A stretch of DNA of 64,000 bases from a virus. Lineage: Duplodnaviria; Heunggongvirae; Uroviricota; Caudoviricetes. The stretch is taken from IMG/VR virus record IMGVR_UViG_3300017613_001587; one strand, given 5' to 3'. This document shows positions 27,268-36,832 of this stretch, one piece after another; position 1 is the first letter of the stretch; every line of letters begins with the position of its first letter. A program made the translations under genes and the position numbers. The notes below the pieces were generated by a model. That model made no database searches. It was not told the origin of the DNA and saw nothing but the letters and a program-made list of their open reading frames with translations.

Positions 27268-27804
27268 ATGGGTTACAAACCAATACCTGAGTATGATTTT
27301 ATGTCGGCCCCATCAAACATCACCGTGGTCGGGATCGGAAAAGAAGACAAATCCGAATACCACGAGGAGAGCTGGGACAAGAAAGCAAATAAAGGCAGAA
27401 ACTTCGGTATCATGATCCACGGAGTACTGCTATGTTACCATCAAACCTTTATGGATCAGTCTTATATCAAACCCACACTGTGTTGTTTTAAGAAGAAAGA
27501 AGCGTGGGCCCTCGTTGATATGTTCATGAGACTGAACTATCCTTTCCCCTACGAAGTCTGCGAATTCACCTATGACGGCTTTGGCGGCAAAACCGAGAAA
27601 GATGTCAGGATGCCTTATAATGCCAGATTTTGCAACTGGACTGGCGACCCAGGTATTGCCTTGATGACTTGCTCTGACGGCGAAGATCGGTTTATACCCA
27701 CTTATGCCATGAAACACTCATTCTTAACTCTGCCCAACGACATGACCAGAGTCGAGGGGAGCGGACACCCTACTTTTTTCGGAGCTCCATCAACATCTGA
27801 TTAA
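27268..27804 (+). CDS. hypothetical protein
   Basis: GAAGGAGGTACCACCACC-ATG. Confidence 0.45.
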   Translation: MGYKPIPEYDFMSAPSNITVVGIGKEDKSEYHEESWDKKANKGRNFGIMIHGVLLCYHQTFMDQSYIKPTLCCFKKKEAWALVDMFMRLNYPFPYEVCEFTYDGFGGKTEKDVRMPYNARFCNWTGDPGIALMTCSDGEDRFIPTYAMKHSFLTLPNDMTRVEGSGHPTFFGAPSTSD

Positions 27805-27818
27805 GGAGGTACCACCAC

Positions 27819-28472
27819 ATGAAGTCTGTATTATCCAAACAAGATATGCAGCATGTACTTGATGATCTCCGTTCTGATTATCATGTTATGCTATCCAAAC
27901 TCTCCAATGCCGACTGCCCAGCCAAGAAAAAGCGAGATGAGAAAGGATGTTTCGATGTTATCGGTAATGGCCCCGCTCCTGTTGCAGAGAACATAGCCAA
28001 AGCTAAGAAGTTTCTGAAAAAATATAGCGGAATCAAACAACCTAAGTTCCTGGACTGTGGCTGTGGTTTTGGCAACATTATGCTGATTGCTTATAGTCTC
28101 GGCTGCCATGCATATGGCATAGACCTCAATGAGCGTGCCTTGAAATTAGCACGATTGAATAAGGACAAGGGCAATGCTTGGTGCAGCCCCAGCCAACAAT
28201 TTGTCGTGTACCGCAGGGATATCCTGACTTATAAGGATTATGGTAAGTATGATATAGTATACTACTATTGTCCTATGAGGAACGGAAAGTTGGAGAGGCA
28301 GTTTGAACAGAAAGTTGCGGATGACATGCGTGTCGGGGCAGTCATATTACCGTTCTACTCTGTAAACACATTCATGAAAGACAAAAGGTTCGTCTGCCTT
28401 TGTGATCTGTTGCAAGAGGACAAAGAAAAGGAATACTTCAGCGGTCAAGTTATGCAAAAAATAAGAGATTAG
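27819..28472 (+). CDS. class I SAM-dependent methyltransferase
   Basis: Motif I FLDCGCGFGN with a downstream acidic residue; TAAGGAGGTACCACCAC-ATG. Confidence 0.6.
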   Translation: MKSVLSKQDMQHVLDDLRSDYHVMLSKLSNADCPAKKKRDEKGCFDVIGNGPAPVAENIAKAKKFLKKYSGIKQPKFLDCGCGFGNIMLIAYSLGCHAYGIDLNERALKLARLNKDKGNAWCSPSQQFVVYRRDILTYKDYGKYDIVYYYCPMRNGKLERQFEQKVADDMRVGAVILPFYSVNTFMKDKRFVCLCDLLQEDKEKEYFSGQVMQKIRD

Positions 28473-28483
28473 GAGGTCTTACC

Positions 28484-28981
28484 ATGAAAGATCCATTGAA
28501 TATTGGCAAATCAGCCGGTACGGGCACTCCCAACATCGGCACTCCGTCTCAGAATACCATCGGCAACAAAGTCTTTGATCTGCACTTTGAGGTCGGTGTT
28601 AACCCTAACCCCATGGGTGGATTCTATGCGTTGACTATCCTTGGGCAAGGGGGTGTAAAATTCGAATCTCAGGGCACTACTCCAGCAGATGCGCTCTCAA
28701 AGATCGTTGTAGATATGGAACAGTCCAATATGTGGCAGCTTATAGTTGGTAACCCTGGCATAAATCAGTTCCCTTTTCCTGCCAATCCGAGAAATGGCAA
28801 ACCGCCTGCTGCTGTACCAGTATCGTCAACCAACAGCGCATATGACCCTAAAGCACCCAAACAACGGCCTTCGGATCTGACACAGGTGACCCACCCTGAC
28901 TGCCAGACGATGTGTCAGTCATATGAACACTTCAAAGCAGCCAAATGCAAAAGCATTTGTGGCTTCCGGGATGGTCTCTAA
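28484..28981 (+). CDS. hypothetical protein
   Basis: TTAGGAGGTCTTACC-ATG. Confidence 0.45.
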   Translation: MKDPLNIGKSAGTGTPNIGTPSQNTIGNKVFDLHFEVGVNPNPMGGFYALTILGQGGVKFESQGTTPADALSKIVVDMEQSNMWQLIVGNPGINQFPFPANPRNGKPPAAVPVSSTNSAYDPKAPKQRPSDLTQVTHPDCQTMCQSYEHFKAAKCKSICGFRDGL

Positions 28982-29337
28982 TGGATATCTATACCGCACA
29001 CTATACATACAGTGGTGAAGATCGTATGGACATCACCGTTAAGGGTAATACCTTTCCAGGCAGTGTCTTTGCCCCCAAGTGGGAGATGGTGAAAGCCCTT
29101 CAAGCCCAGAAGATCGACAACTGGGAGTACACACTCCAGTACATGGGCCTGATGGCAGAGCGATGGTTCCATACCCCCGATGCCACTAATATGGCTATAC
29201 AAACTATGACGGAGAACCGTACGTCATTAACCCTGGTTTGCTTTTGCAAGCCTCAGACATTCTGCCATAGAATACTTGCTGCCCGATTGTTAGAGAGCAT
29301 GGGGCACGGTAAATATCATGGCGAAAGATTAACTTAG
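28981..29337 (+). CDS. hypothetical protein, possibly DUF488-like
   Basis: LTLVCFCKPQTFCHRILAARLL resembles the DUF488 C..C....CHR..L signature. Confidence 0.35.
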   Translation: MDIYTAHYTYSGEDRMDITVKGNTFPGSVFAPKWEMVKALQAQKIDNWEYTLQYMGLMAERWFHTPDATNMAIQTMTENRTSLTLVCFCKPQTFCHRILAARLLESMGHGKYHGERLT

Positions 29338-29354
29338 GGAAGGAGGTGTTAGTT

Positions 29355-29759
29355 ATGAGAGAGATCGAATGCAGGAAAGGATTTACCCTGGTTGAATTGC
29401 TGATCGTTCTTGCAATTCTTGCTATACTGGGTGCTCTGTTTATCCCCATGATTGATGGAAAAGCCCACGGCGCCGAACTCGGCCAATTCCTGTTAGCTGA
29501 GGATGATACCATAGCAGAAGTGGCACATGCTGCCCAAAGTGATCCGCATCAGACACTCACTATTCTGGTGTATGCAAAAACGTGGGACGTTGAGAAGGTA
29601 GATACTCTGCTGGACAAGGCTGCGGCGGTACAGGCTAAACTGATCAGCCACAGGATACCAGTCCACCGTATTAATCTGCATCTTGCCAATGAAGGCGGCC
29701 TGAAGGAAGACGGCACTACCGCACCGGCAAGCGATGGGGTATACATCTCACTGGATTAG
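29355..29759 (+). CDS. type IV pilin-like / pseudopilin protein
   Basis: AAGGAGGTG then ATG. MREIECRKG|FTLVELLIVLAILAILGALFIP is a prepilin motif with Glu at +5. Confidence 0.55.
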   Translation: MREIECRKGFTLVELLIVLAILAILGALFIPMIDGKAHGAELGQFLLAEDDTIAEVAHAAQSDPHQTLTILVYAKTWDVEKVDTLLDKAAAVQAKLISHRIPVHRINLHLANEGGLKEDGTTAPASDGVYISLD

Positions 29760-29969
29760 AGGGCGCCGAATGCATAAGCTGGTTTCGTTGGTAACGTTCT
29801 TACTGTTATTACTGACTATTTTGTTTGGTAATTAATGTCTGTTTGAGGAGACAGAGCAAAAGAAGTTAATTTACCTAACGCCCAAGAGGCAAGGAGGTGG
29901 CTATGCAACCTGCTGGCTGTAATGGCCAGCAACCCTACGGGGTTCTAACCTTAACGAAGGGAGACACCA

Positions 29970-30152
29970 ATGACTGAATTGGTAAAAGAGATCTTGTTAT
30001 GTCTTTTCGTGCTGAGTTGCTTCGGCGGCGCAGCTGTTTTCTTTGCAAACCAAAACAACAGCAACAACACACGGCAGAAGATCGAAGAGCGCTATCAGGC
30101 TCAACGATTGGCCGATGCTGAGGAAGTAGAAGATACCCTTAACCCTTACTAA
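29970..30152 (+). CDS. small membrane protein
   Basis: AAGGGAGACACCA-ATG. Confidence 0.4.
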   Translation: MTELVKEILLCLFVLSCFGGAAVFFANQNNSNNTRQKIEERYQAQRLADAEEVEDTLNPY

Positions 30153-30216
30153 CCCTTTTCCTATTTATTATAGTGTGCCCGCCATAACCTATTAACTTTT
30201 AAACAGGAGGTTTACC

Positions 30217-30774
30217 ATGACTTTAGGTGCAAAACTCGGAATCGCAGGTGGTGGATTAGTCGCCGTTATCGCGGTGGTAATCTTTGCAATGAGCATTTCT
30301 TACCAGAACGCCTACGAGCGGATCGACCAGGACATTCAGGCTCAATACAAAAAGATTGAGTCGAACTATGAGAAGATGTCCAGGATCATCCTGCAACAGG
30401 CCGGTATCGTCAACAAGTACTCCACTGATTTCAAGGAGATCTACAAGGGGATGATGACCGGGCGTTATGGCAAGGATGGCTCGAAGGCCATGTGGCAATG
30501 GATTAAAGAGCAGAATCCGCAGATCGACGCCAGCTTGTATGCCAAGCTGATGACGACGGTGGAAGCCCAAAGGACAACCTTTGACCGGGCCCAGCAGAAG
30601 GTGTCGTCCATGGTTGCAGAATCCAACAAGATGCTGAAGGTTGCCCCTTCTTCATGGTTTGTTGATGGGGAGATCAAGGAAGCTAAGATCGTCTCGTCCT
30701 CGCAAACCAAGGTGATTGTGGAAACCGGGATCGATGATACGTCCAACGATATCTTCGGCACTGATAAGAAGTAG
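30217..30774 (+). CDS. LemA-family membrane protein
   Basis: N-terminal transmembrane helix followed by a Y..Q..Y..I.....W..I repeat pattern typical of LemA (PF04011). Confidence 0.45.
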   Translation: MTLGAKLGIAGGGLVAVIAVVIFAMSISYQNAYERIDQDIQAQYKKIESNYEKMSRIILQQAGIVNKYSTDFKEIYKGMMTGRYGKDGSKAMWQWIKEQNPQIDASLYAKLMTTVEAQRTTFDRAQQKVSSMVAESNKMLKVAPSSWFVDGEIKEAKIVSSSQTKVIVETGIDDTSNDIFGTDKK

Positions 30775-30792
30775 CAACAATCTCGGAACGTG

Positions 30793-30830
30793 GAGGTTCG
30801 ATTCCTTCCGCTGGCCCCGCTGAGGTGGTG
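30793..30830 (+). other. tRNA 3'-half-like fragment (T-arm GGAGG-TTCGATT-CCTTC plus acceptor strand)
   Basis: It contains the GGTTCGATTCC T-loop consensus, but there is no matching 5' half upstream. Confidence 0.2.
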
Positions 30831-30877
30831 GTTAATACTGATGGTACGCGTTCCATAAACTCTTTTAAGGAGGACTT

Positions 30878-31168
30878 ATGTCCGAGAAAAATTTCGTAAG
30901 TCAGCACCTTACTGGCTGGATTATGGCCGGAGTGGCCCTTGTCACTGGCTTAGTGGTGAATGGTGTTTATTCCGCCCTAATTGCCCAAGGACAGGCGTAT
31001 GCCGCGGCCAACCAAGTGGATGACTCCATGGCCAGTTGGATGTTGCATCAACAGGCGTCCTACGGGGACGTTATTCCCAACCTGATTATTGGCGGCATGG
31101 TACTCGTTATCTTTCTATGCCTTTTACCAACCATCAAACATGCCTATAAACTGGCAACAACCGACTAG
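30878..31168 (+). CDS. membrane protein
   Basis: AAGGAGGACTT-ATG. Confidence 0.45.
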   Translation: MSEKNFVSQHLTGWIMAGVALVTGLVVNGVYSALIAQGQAYAAANQVDDSMASWMLHQQASYGDVIPNLIIGGMVLVIFLCLLPTIKHAYKLATTD

Positions 31169-31204
31169 TTTTTAACTGGTCAAATCTATTAAGGAGGTTT
31201 CATT

Positions 31205-32245
31205 ATGAAACGTTTTATCCAATTCTCAATCGTATGCGTCATCGCCGTCGGTTTTCTTTCCGCCTGCGGCCCGGCCAAAGTTGAGCAGTTCGTCAACATC
31301 GAAGCCAATGAAACGGCGTTTGTCGTTCCGTTGGAAGGTGCCACATCCAATCAGGGCAAGTTCATGTCGGAAGACTATCTGAACAAGGCCAAAGTCGCCA
31401 CCAAACGGGTCAGCCTGTCGCTGCGTAAGCACAGTACCGGCCGCCTGTGGATGTCCTACAAGTGGATTCCGACCGTCAAGGTCATTAAAGTTAACCGTCA
31501 GCCGGTAACTCGTGAATGGACTGGTAAAGCCGAAACCGGTACCAATCAGGCCAATGAGGCCCTGTGGGTGGAATCTTCAGACTCCATCGGATTTGGTGTG
31601 GGTGTTAATACCACGGCCATGGTCACCGAAGAAGATGCAGCCAAGTTTCTGTATTACTTCGCAGGTAAGAATCTGGCCTATGTGGTTGATCAGAATGTCC
31701 GCGGTAAGGTTAACTCGGTTCTGTCCCGCGAATTCGCATCTCATGAGCTGGAAAAAGGCCGTAAGATGAAGAATGAGATCTTTAAGATCGCCGCCGAAGA
31801 AACCATTAAAGACTTCGCCAAGATGGGCGTGACCATCACTAACTTAGGCCTGGCCGAAGGTCTGGTTTATGCTGATACTGAGATTCAGCAGGCCATCAAT
31901 GATAAGTTCAAAGCAGAGATGGACATCCAGATTCAGGAACAAACGAATAAAGCTCAGATTCAGATCAATGAGCGGAACGTTGCCATAGCCAAAGCGGCCG
32001 CTGACCAAAGGATCAAGAAAGCCGAAGGTGATATCGCTGTCCAAAAAGCAAAGGCTGATGCGGCCAAGAAGTTCGCCGAACAGATCGATGCTCGTACCAA
32101 ACAGGTTGAGCTGGAAATCCGCCGGATGGATGCCGAAGCCCGCTTGACCTTTGCCAAGAACATCAAACCCGGTGTATTACCGGCCAACATTATGCCCGAA
32201 GGCTCCGGCTTTCTGTTCGGTATGGATACCCAGCCGACTAAATAA
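31205..32245 (+). CDS. SPFH/band-7-domain lipoprotein
   Basis: Lipobox FLSACG; the C-terminal half (AEG..Q.A..A.A..I.AEAEA) is typical of SPFH. Confidence 0.45.
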   Translation: MKRFIQFSIVCVIAVGFLSACGPAKVEQFVNIEANETAFVVPLEGATSNQGKFMSEDYLNKAKVATKRVSLSLRKHSTGRLWMSYKWIPTVKVIKVNRQPVTREWTGKAETGTNQANEALWVESSDSIGFGVGVNTTAMVTEEDAAKFLYYFAGKNLAYVVDQNVRGKVNSVLSREFASHELEKGRKMKNEIFKIAAEETIKDFAKMGVTITNLGLAEGLVYADTEIQQAINDKFKAEMDIQIQEQTNKAQIQINERNVAIAKAAADQRIKKAEGDIAVQKAKADAAKKFAEQIDARTKQVELEIRRMDAEARLTFAKNIKPGVLPANIMPEGSGFLFGMDTQPTK

Positions 32246-32278
32246 TTGCAGCAGAGCGTAGAAAGCTACTGCGTTCTC

Positions 32279-32320
32279 CTACCCCTTGCGGTGCAGGGGG
32301 TAGGGCAATAATCTTTTGAG
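32279..32320 (+). terminator. hairpin CTACCCC..GGGGTAG plus a T-rich tract
   Basis: Inverted repeat seen after the stop codon. Confidence 0.4.
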
Positions 32321-32332
32321 GAGGTGTCTACC

Positions 32333-32608
32333 ATGTCAGGAATTTTGTGGTTCGCCTTACTGATTCCTTTTATTCTTGCGGGTGTCCTCTTGGGCATCCC
32401 CAGTCTGCGCCGTCGGACCGTGTGGTGGGAAATTGCCATACCGGTTGTCGCTACTGTGCTGACTGTTGCTCTTTGCCAAATGATCGCCGTGAATTCGGCC
32501 CTGAAGGACAAGGAGTATTGGGGACACATGAGTTACACCATAACTCATGAAGAACCGGCCGCCTACGATGGCGAATGCTCCGAAACCTATGCGTGCGGTG
32601 AAACCTGA
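32333..32608 (+). CDS. N-terminal segment of a Cys-rich membrane protein; ends at an in-frame TGA (32606-32608)
   Basis: TTGAGGAGGTGTCTACC-ATG. Two transmembrane helices, then DGECSETYACGET-TGA. Confidence 0.45.
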   Translation: MSGILWFALLIPFILAGVLLGIPSLRRRTVWWEIAIPVVATVLTVALCQMIAVNSALKDKEYWGHMSYTITHEEPAAYDGECSETYACGET

Positions 32609-32791
32609 AGTGGCTCTGGAAAGAACAGGTCCTGTTCTACAAAGTACTGTACGCGATACTACCACTGCATCAAGAACGATGGACGTGCTTGCTACATAAC
32701 TGATGACCGCGGTAACACATACCGGGTTTCATATGGTAAGTATAAGGAAATCGACAAGCGGTGGAAGAATAACCAGCATACCGAGAAGAAG

Positions 32792-33610
32792 ATGAAACGC
32801 TCGGACGGTGGATACAACACCGTAGGCGATAAGTACAATCGTCCTGGTTATGGCAGCCGACATATTGTCCACTGGGATCGAATCCCTAAATCGGCAGAAC
32901 CGATTGTACGTGAATACACGTATGAGAATCGGCTTCAGACCCAATCTCACTGGGGTAAAGTTAGTGAAGAGGATAGGGTCTTATTCGATGTTCATGATTA
33001 CCCCAGCGTGCCTGGCGGTTGGAGGTTAACCTCCGTGTTAACTAACGGTCCTGCATTCCGCAAGACTGATCAGCATCTTCAATACCTGAACGCCCAACTG
33101 AATACCAACAAGGGCGGTTATAAGAAGGTGCGGCTGTGGTTATTGATTTATGCCAAACAACCGCAGGAATCCGCCGAGCTGCAACGTGCCTACTGGAAGG
33201 GTGGTAATAAGAACGAGATCACCATCATGATTGGCACGAATGAAGACAAGGCTATCACCTGGGCAGACGTCATGAGCCATACTGACGAGAGTCAGGCCCT
33301 GCTTATCAATATCAGGGACAAGCTTCTTGTTGAAATGGCTAACGGTAAGGGTGGTTATAGCGGCAAACTTACCGATGACGAGCTGTTAAAGTTTTCAACG
33401 TGGTTGGGGGATGCTGTTCAAGCCGGATATACCAAGCCCGACTTCAAACAGTACGACTACATCCAGGTGGCACCTTCAATGTTCGCCATCGTCCTGTCCT
33501 ACATCATCGTCATTCTTGTTAATATTGGCGCTGGTGCCTTCGTTATTTACAATCCATGGCAGGAAGGCGGCAACCGCCGCCGTCGGCGAAGCAACTACCG
33601 ATACCGCTAA
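32792..33610 (+). CDS. C-terminal segment of the same protein, in the same frame as 32333-32608
   Basis: The 183 nt between the TGA and this ATG has no stop and no start codon in frame. It encodes Cys-rich SGSGKNRSCSTKYCTRYYHC. There is a C-terminal transmembrane helix. Confidence 0.5.
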   Translation: MKRSDGGYNTVGDKYNRPGYGSRHIVHWDRIPKSAEPIVREYTYENRLQTQSHWGKVSEEDRVLFDVHDYPSVPGGWRLTSVLTNGPAFRKTDQHLQYLNAQLNTNKGGYKKVRLWLLIYAKQPQESAELQRAYWKGGNKNEITIMIGTNEDKAITWADVMSHTDESQALLINIRDKLLVEMANGKGGYSGKLTDDELLKFSTWLGDAVQAGYTKPDFKQYDYIQVAPSMFAIVLSYIIVILVNIGAGAFVIYNPWQEGGNRRRRRSNYRYR

Positions 33611-33663
33611 ACCAAGCTTGGGAACCTAACGGGGGCCTTCGGGCCCCCAAACGGGGGTACAGA

Positions 33664-33777
33664 ATGTTTAAAAGTAAATTCGAAGTAATCTTGTTCATTG
33701 TCTTAGCAGTCGCTGCATTCTTTATGACTGTCGGCATCAACGAGGTATTTGCTTGTATGCTGCTTGTATCTGGATAA
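33664..33777 (+). CDS. small membrane protein
   Basis: GGGGGTACAGA-ATG. Confidence 0.3.
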   Translation: MFKSKFEVILFIVLAVAAFFMTVGINEVFACMLLVSG

Positions 33778-33833
33778 AGACCACAACGGGGGTCCATCTC
33801 GGGCCTCCAAAAAAATTTTCTAAGGGGGATGGT

Positions 33834-34073
33834 ATGCAGTTACTAACTTTTATGACCTACAATCAGGCCCTCATGTGGGATCGTTTTGAGCGCATGTTTG
33901 TTATCTGTGCCGCTGTGCTTGTAATAGCAATATTCGAGATCATGGTGGGTAGTGAAACGTACCTACTTACTTCAGTGACTACGATAATTGCCCAGTTCTT
34001 AGTCCTTAAATGCTGGGTAGATATGATTATGTTAAGTCGGCCCCATGAGAACTGCTGGGCCTTTAAGGAGTAG
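33834..34073 (+). CDS. membrane protein
   Basis: TAAGGGGGATGGT-ATG. Confidence 0.4.
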   Translation: MQLLTFMTYNQALMWDRFERMFVICAAVLVIAIFEIMVGSETYLLTSVTTIIAQFLVLKCWVDMIMLSRPHENCWAFKE

Positions 34074-34075
34074 CC

Positions 34076-34246
34076 ATGATGCTGCGAGTTGAAGCTCCCC
34101 ACTACGTTGCAGGAGTCATCTTTGATGGTCCCTATGCAACACACGCTGCACCTATCTTATACTGGATAGTGAAACAGCACAAGACACTTGAATGGTGTAT
34201 AAATTACTTCAACATGAAAGGATTTAAATTCAGTGTACATCCCTAA
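34076..34246 (+). CDS. small hypothetical protein (56 aa)
   Basis: ATG 3 nt after the upstream stop. Confidence 0.3.
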   Translation: MMLRVEAPHYVAGVIFDGPYATHAAPILYWIVKQHKTLEWCINYFNMKGFKFSVHP

Positions 34247-34413
34247 ATCAAGAATGCCTGCTTTAGCCCAGATGATAGGCTTTGTACTAGATGAACATCC
34301 AGAACCCGATGAATTTTTCAGTGCTGAAGACCTGGAGCTGTTCAGACAAATCCATGACAAAACCACACTGGTACAGCAAGGCGATGCTAACTTTCTAATG
34401 ATAGAGCAATACT

Positions 34414-34698
34414 ATGGACACAAACCCGAATCAGGCATATAAAGACCGTGAGCTTAAAGGCGGCGATGGTGTGATGATGACCGAGTACCAGCGGGTTATC
34501 ATTGAGCGTCAGTGCAAAAAGCATAATATATCTCTGATGCGCCTGACTACCAGAGCCTTGGGCTATCGTAAGAAAACAGCTGATATAACCCATATCGATG
34601 CGGCCCGCTGTATCATGATGGGGGCTGTATGGGGAAACTACGTAACTGCAGGGTATGAGCCCGAAAGGAGACTCAATGTCAAGAATAGTCATGAATGA
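34414..34698 (+). CDS. hypothetical protein with an N-terminal NPNQAYKDR motif
   Basis: ORF track. Confidence 0.4.
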   Translation: MDTNPNQAYKDRELKGGDGVMMTEYQRVIIERQCKKHNISLMRLTTRALGYRKKTADITHIDAARCIMMGAVWGNYVTAGYEPERRLNVKNSHE

Positions 34699-34879
34699 TG
34701 GAACATGGACAACCGTGCTTTGTGGTAAGTGCGACCTAGCACACAAGGTGTTATCAAAACATATCAAACCCCAGTCAAACTGTCCCTACTGCGACGAGTT
34801 TATTCATCTTACCAAATTGGAGGATGACCACGCCGCGGAGAAGAAAGAAGGCTGGAAAGACTGCGCGGAGGTGTCATAA
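34655..34879 (+). CDS. zinc-ribbon protein
   Basis: CGKC..CPYC. Confidence 0.4.
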   Translation: MSPKGDSMSRIVMNDGTWTTVLCGKCDLAHKVLSKHIKPQSNCPYCDEFIHLTKLEDDHAAEKKEGWKDCAEVS

Positions 34880-36216
34880 TGATCGGAACTTACCCACGCA
34901 AAGCCAAGTACACCAAGAAGACTAAGGACTTGCTGAAACTGGACAGCGAGTATATCTCTCCTTCATACACCCGTGACTATCCGTTTATTGTTGCCCATGC
35001 TCGTGATAGAGAGGTAAGAGATATAGATTATAATTTATATCTTGATTTCGGTGCTGGTATCGCTGTTACCTCTACCGGCCACTGTCACCCTGATGTCGTG
35101 CATGCTGTCAAAGAGCAAGCTAATAACTTTCTTCATATGTCTGGCACCGATTTCTTTTACGAGAATCAGATCAAACTGGCCGAGAAGCTCCAAAAGTATT
35201 GTTCTCAAAAGATGCCGGTATTCTATGGCAACTCTGGAGCTGAGGCAGTGGAAGCTGCCATGAAGATAGCCAGATTTCATACCCAGAAGCCTGGGTTTAT
35301 TGCTTTCACCGGCGCCTTCCATGGCCGCACCATGGGCGCCCTCTCCCTGACTGCCAGCAAGGCAGTACAGAGATCACGTTATCTGCCCTTACAGCCGGTA
35401 GCACATGTCCCTTACCCTAATTGTTATGACTGCCCCCTCGGTACCAACTCCCAACGCTGCGATAGTCATGGCAGCGTATGTGTAGACTACATCGACAGTG
35501 AAGTCCTCGGCAGAGGAGCCATGCCTGCATCTGATTGTGCAGCCCTGGTTATGGAACCTATACAGGGAGAGGGCGGTTATATCGTACCGCCACCTTTTTG
35601 GTTCAATGATATCCAAGCGCTTGCTGACTCACATGACCTACTAATTATCTGTGATGAGGTACAGGCAGGTGTTGGTCGTACTGGTGAGTTTTGGGCCCAT
35701 CAGAATTTCACTGGAACTGATGGCGACATCTTCATCCCTGACATTATCTGCTCGGCTAAGGGTATAGCCTCAGGCATGCCTCTTGGCGTCATGATGGCCA
35801 GGGTAGACTTGATGTATGGCTGGAAGCCTGGCTCACATGCCTCAACGTTCGGCGGCAATCCTGTATCCTGTGCAGCTGCCCTTGCTACTATCGATGTAAT
35901 CGAGAAAGAGGGATTGATGGACAATGCTGCTGTCATGGGCGCACACCTGGGTACAATGTTAGACTTAATGTATAAGGCCTGCGGCGTAACAGATAACCCC
36001 CGAGGTATGGGGCTTATGCGTGCTATTGACGTTCTGGGAGAGAACAAAAAGGGTACTTACAGAGACCAGGTTCTGATGAGATGTTTCGAAAAAGGGCTGA
36101 TCCTGCTTGGTTGTGGTAAAAGCGGTATCAGATTTTGCCCTGCACTTAATGTCACCACGGAGGAGGTGGACACCTGTGTACGCATACTCGAGGATACAAT
36201 TAACGAGATCATTTGA
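34879..36216 (+). CDS. class-III PLP-dependent aminotransferase (ArgD/GabT family)
   Basis: GSGAEAVE..LICDEVQAGVGRTG..SAKGIASGMPLG are the class-III aminotransferase motifs. Confidence 0.8.
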   Translation: MIGTYPRKAKYTKKTKDLLKLDSEYISPSYTRDYPFIVAHARDREVRDIDYNLYLDFGAGIAVTSTGHCHPDVVHAVKEQANNFLHMSGTDFFYENQIKLAEKLQKYCSQKMPVFYGNSGAEAVEAAMKIARFHTQKPGFIAFTGAFHGRTMGALSLTASKAVQRSRYLPLQPVAHVPYPNCYDCPLGTNSQRCDSHGSVCVDYIDSEVLGRGAMPASDCAALVMEPIQGEGGYIVPPPFWFNDIQALADSHDLLIICDEVQAGVGRTGEFWAHQNFTGTDGDIFIPDIICSAKGIASGMPLGVMMARVDLMYGWKPGSHASTFGGNPVSCAAALATIDVIEKEGLMDNAAVMGAHLGTMLDLMYKACGVTDNPRGMGLMRAIDVLGENKKGTYRDQVLMRCFEKGLILLGCGKSGIRFCPALNVTTEEVDTCVRILEDTINEII

Positions 36217-36268
36217 TCGTAAGGTCCTCCTTATATTCAGTGCCATAGTACTTGATGCTTTGGCTACT

Positions 36269-36505
36269 ATGTGGCTAATGCTGGTTTATGGGTATGGAGA
36301 GGTAAACCCGGCGTTGAACTGGGTGGCTGAAAACTGGAGCCCCTCTGGCATGGCCATAGCCAAGATAGCCTGGAGCCTTGCTTTGATGTCTATTGTAATG
36401 ATACGTAAGGAATTTCACAAATATATAGACTACCTAGTCATTGGTTACTTTATACTATATACTTTTGGCTGGGCGTCGCAATTAATTTGGGAAGTTATTC
36501 GTTAG
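36269..36505 (+). CDS. membrane protein
   Basis: Internal ATG of the ORF at 36107, which begins after the aminotransferase stop. Confidence 0.35.
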   Translation: MWLMLVYGYGEVNPALNWVAENWSPSGMAIAKIAWSLALMSIVMIRKEFHKYIDYLVIGYFILYTFGWASQLIWEVIR

Positions 36506-36556
36506 ACGAATCACTTTACAGTGATTTATCTTCAATAAATAACAGGAGGTGCTTCG

Positions 36557-36832
36557 ATGGACCCGGTAAACAAATGGCTAACAGTTATCATTTTATTTAT
36601 GTGCGGTGTGTTATTCGTCGGCTGGAATGCAGCCGGATCAGGCCGTTATGAGATGGAGGTAGCGCTCGTAGACGGTGCACAGACGGTGTTTGTCCTTGAT
36701 ACTAAGGACGGCGAAGTCAAGGCACAGGTAGTAGACAGTTCGGACCTTTATAACAACACTGGTCAAGCCTATGTCCGGCCCCATAAGGTATTCGAATGGC
36801 CGAGTGGTACTCAATACGGTAGGCGGTATTAA
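36557..36832 (+). CDS. secreted/membrane hypothetical protein
   Basis: ACAGGAGGTGCTTCG-ATG. Confidence 0.45.
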   Translation: MDPVNKWLTVIILFMCGVLFVGWNAAGSGRYEMEVALVDGAQTVFVLDTKDGEVKAQVVDSSDLYNNTGQAYVRPHKVFEWPSGTQYGRRY

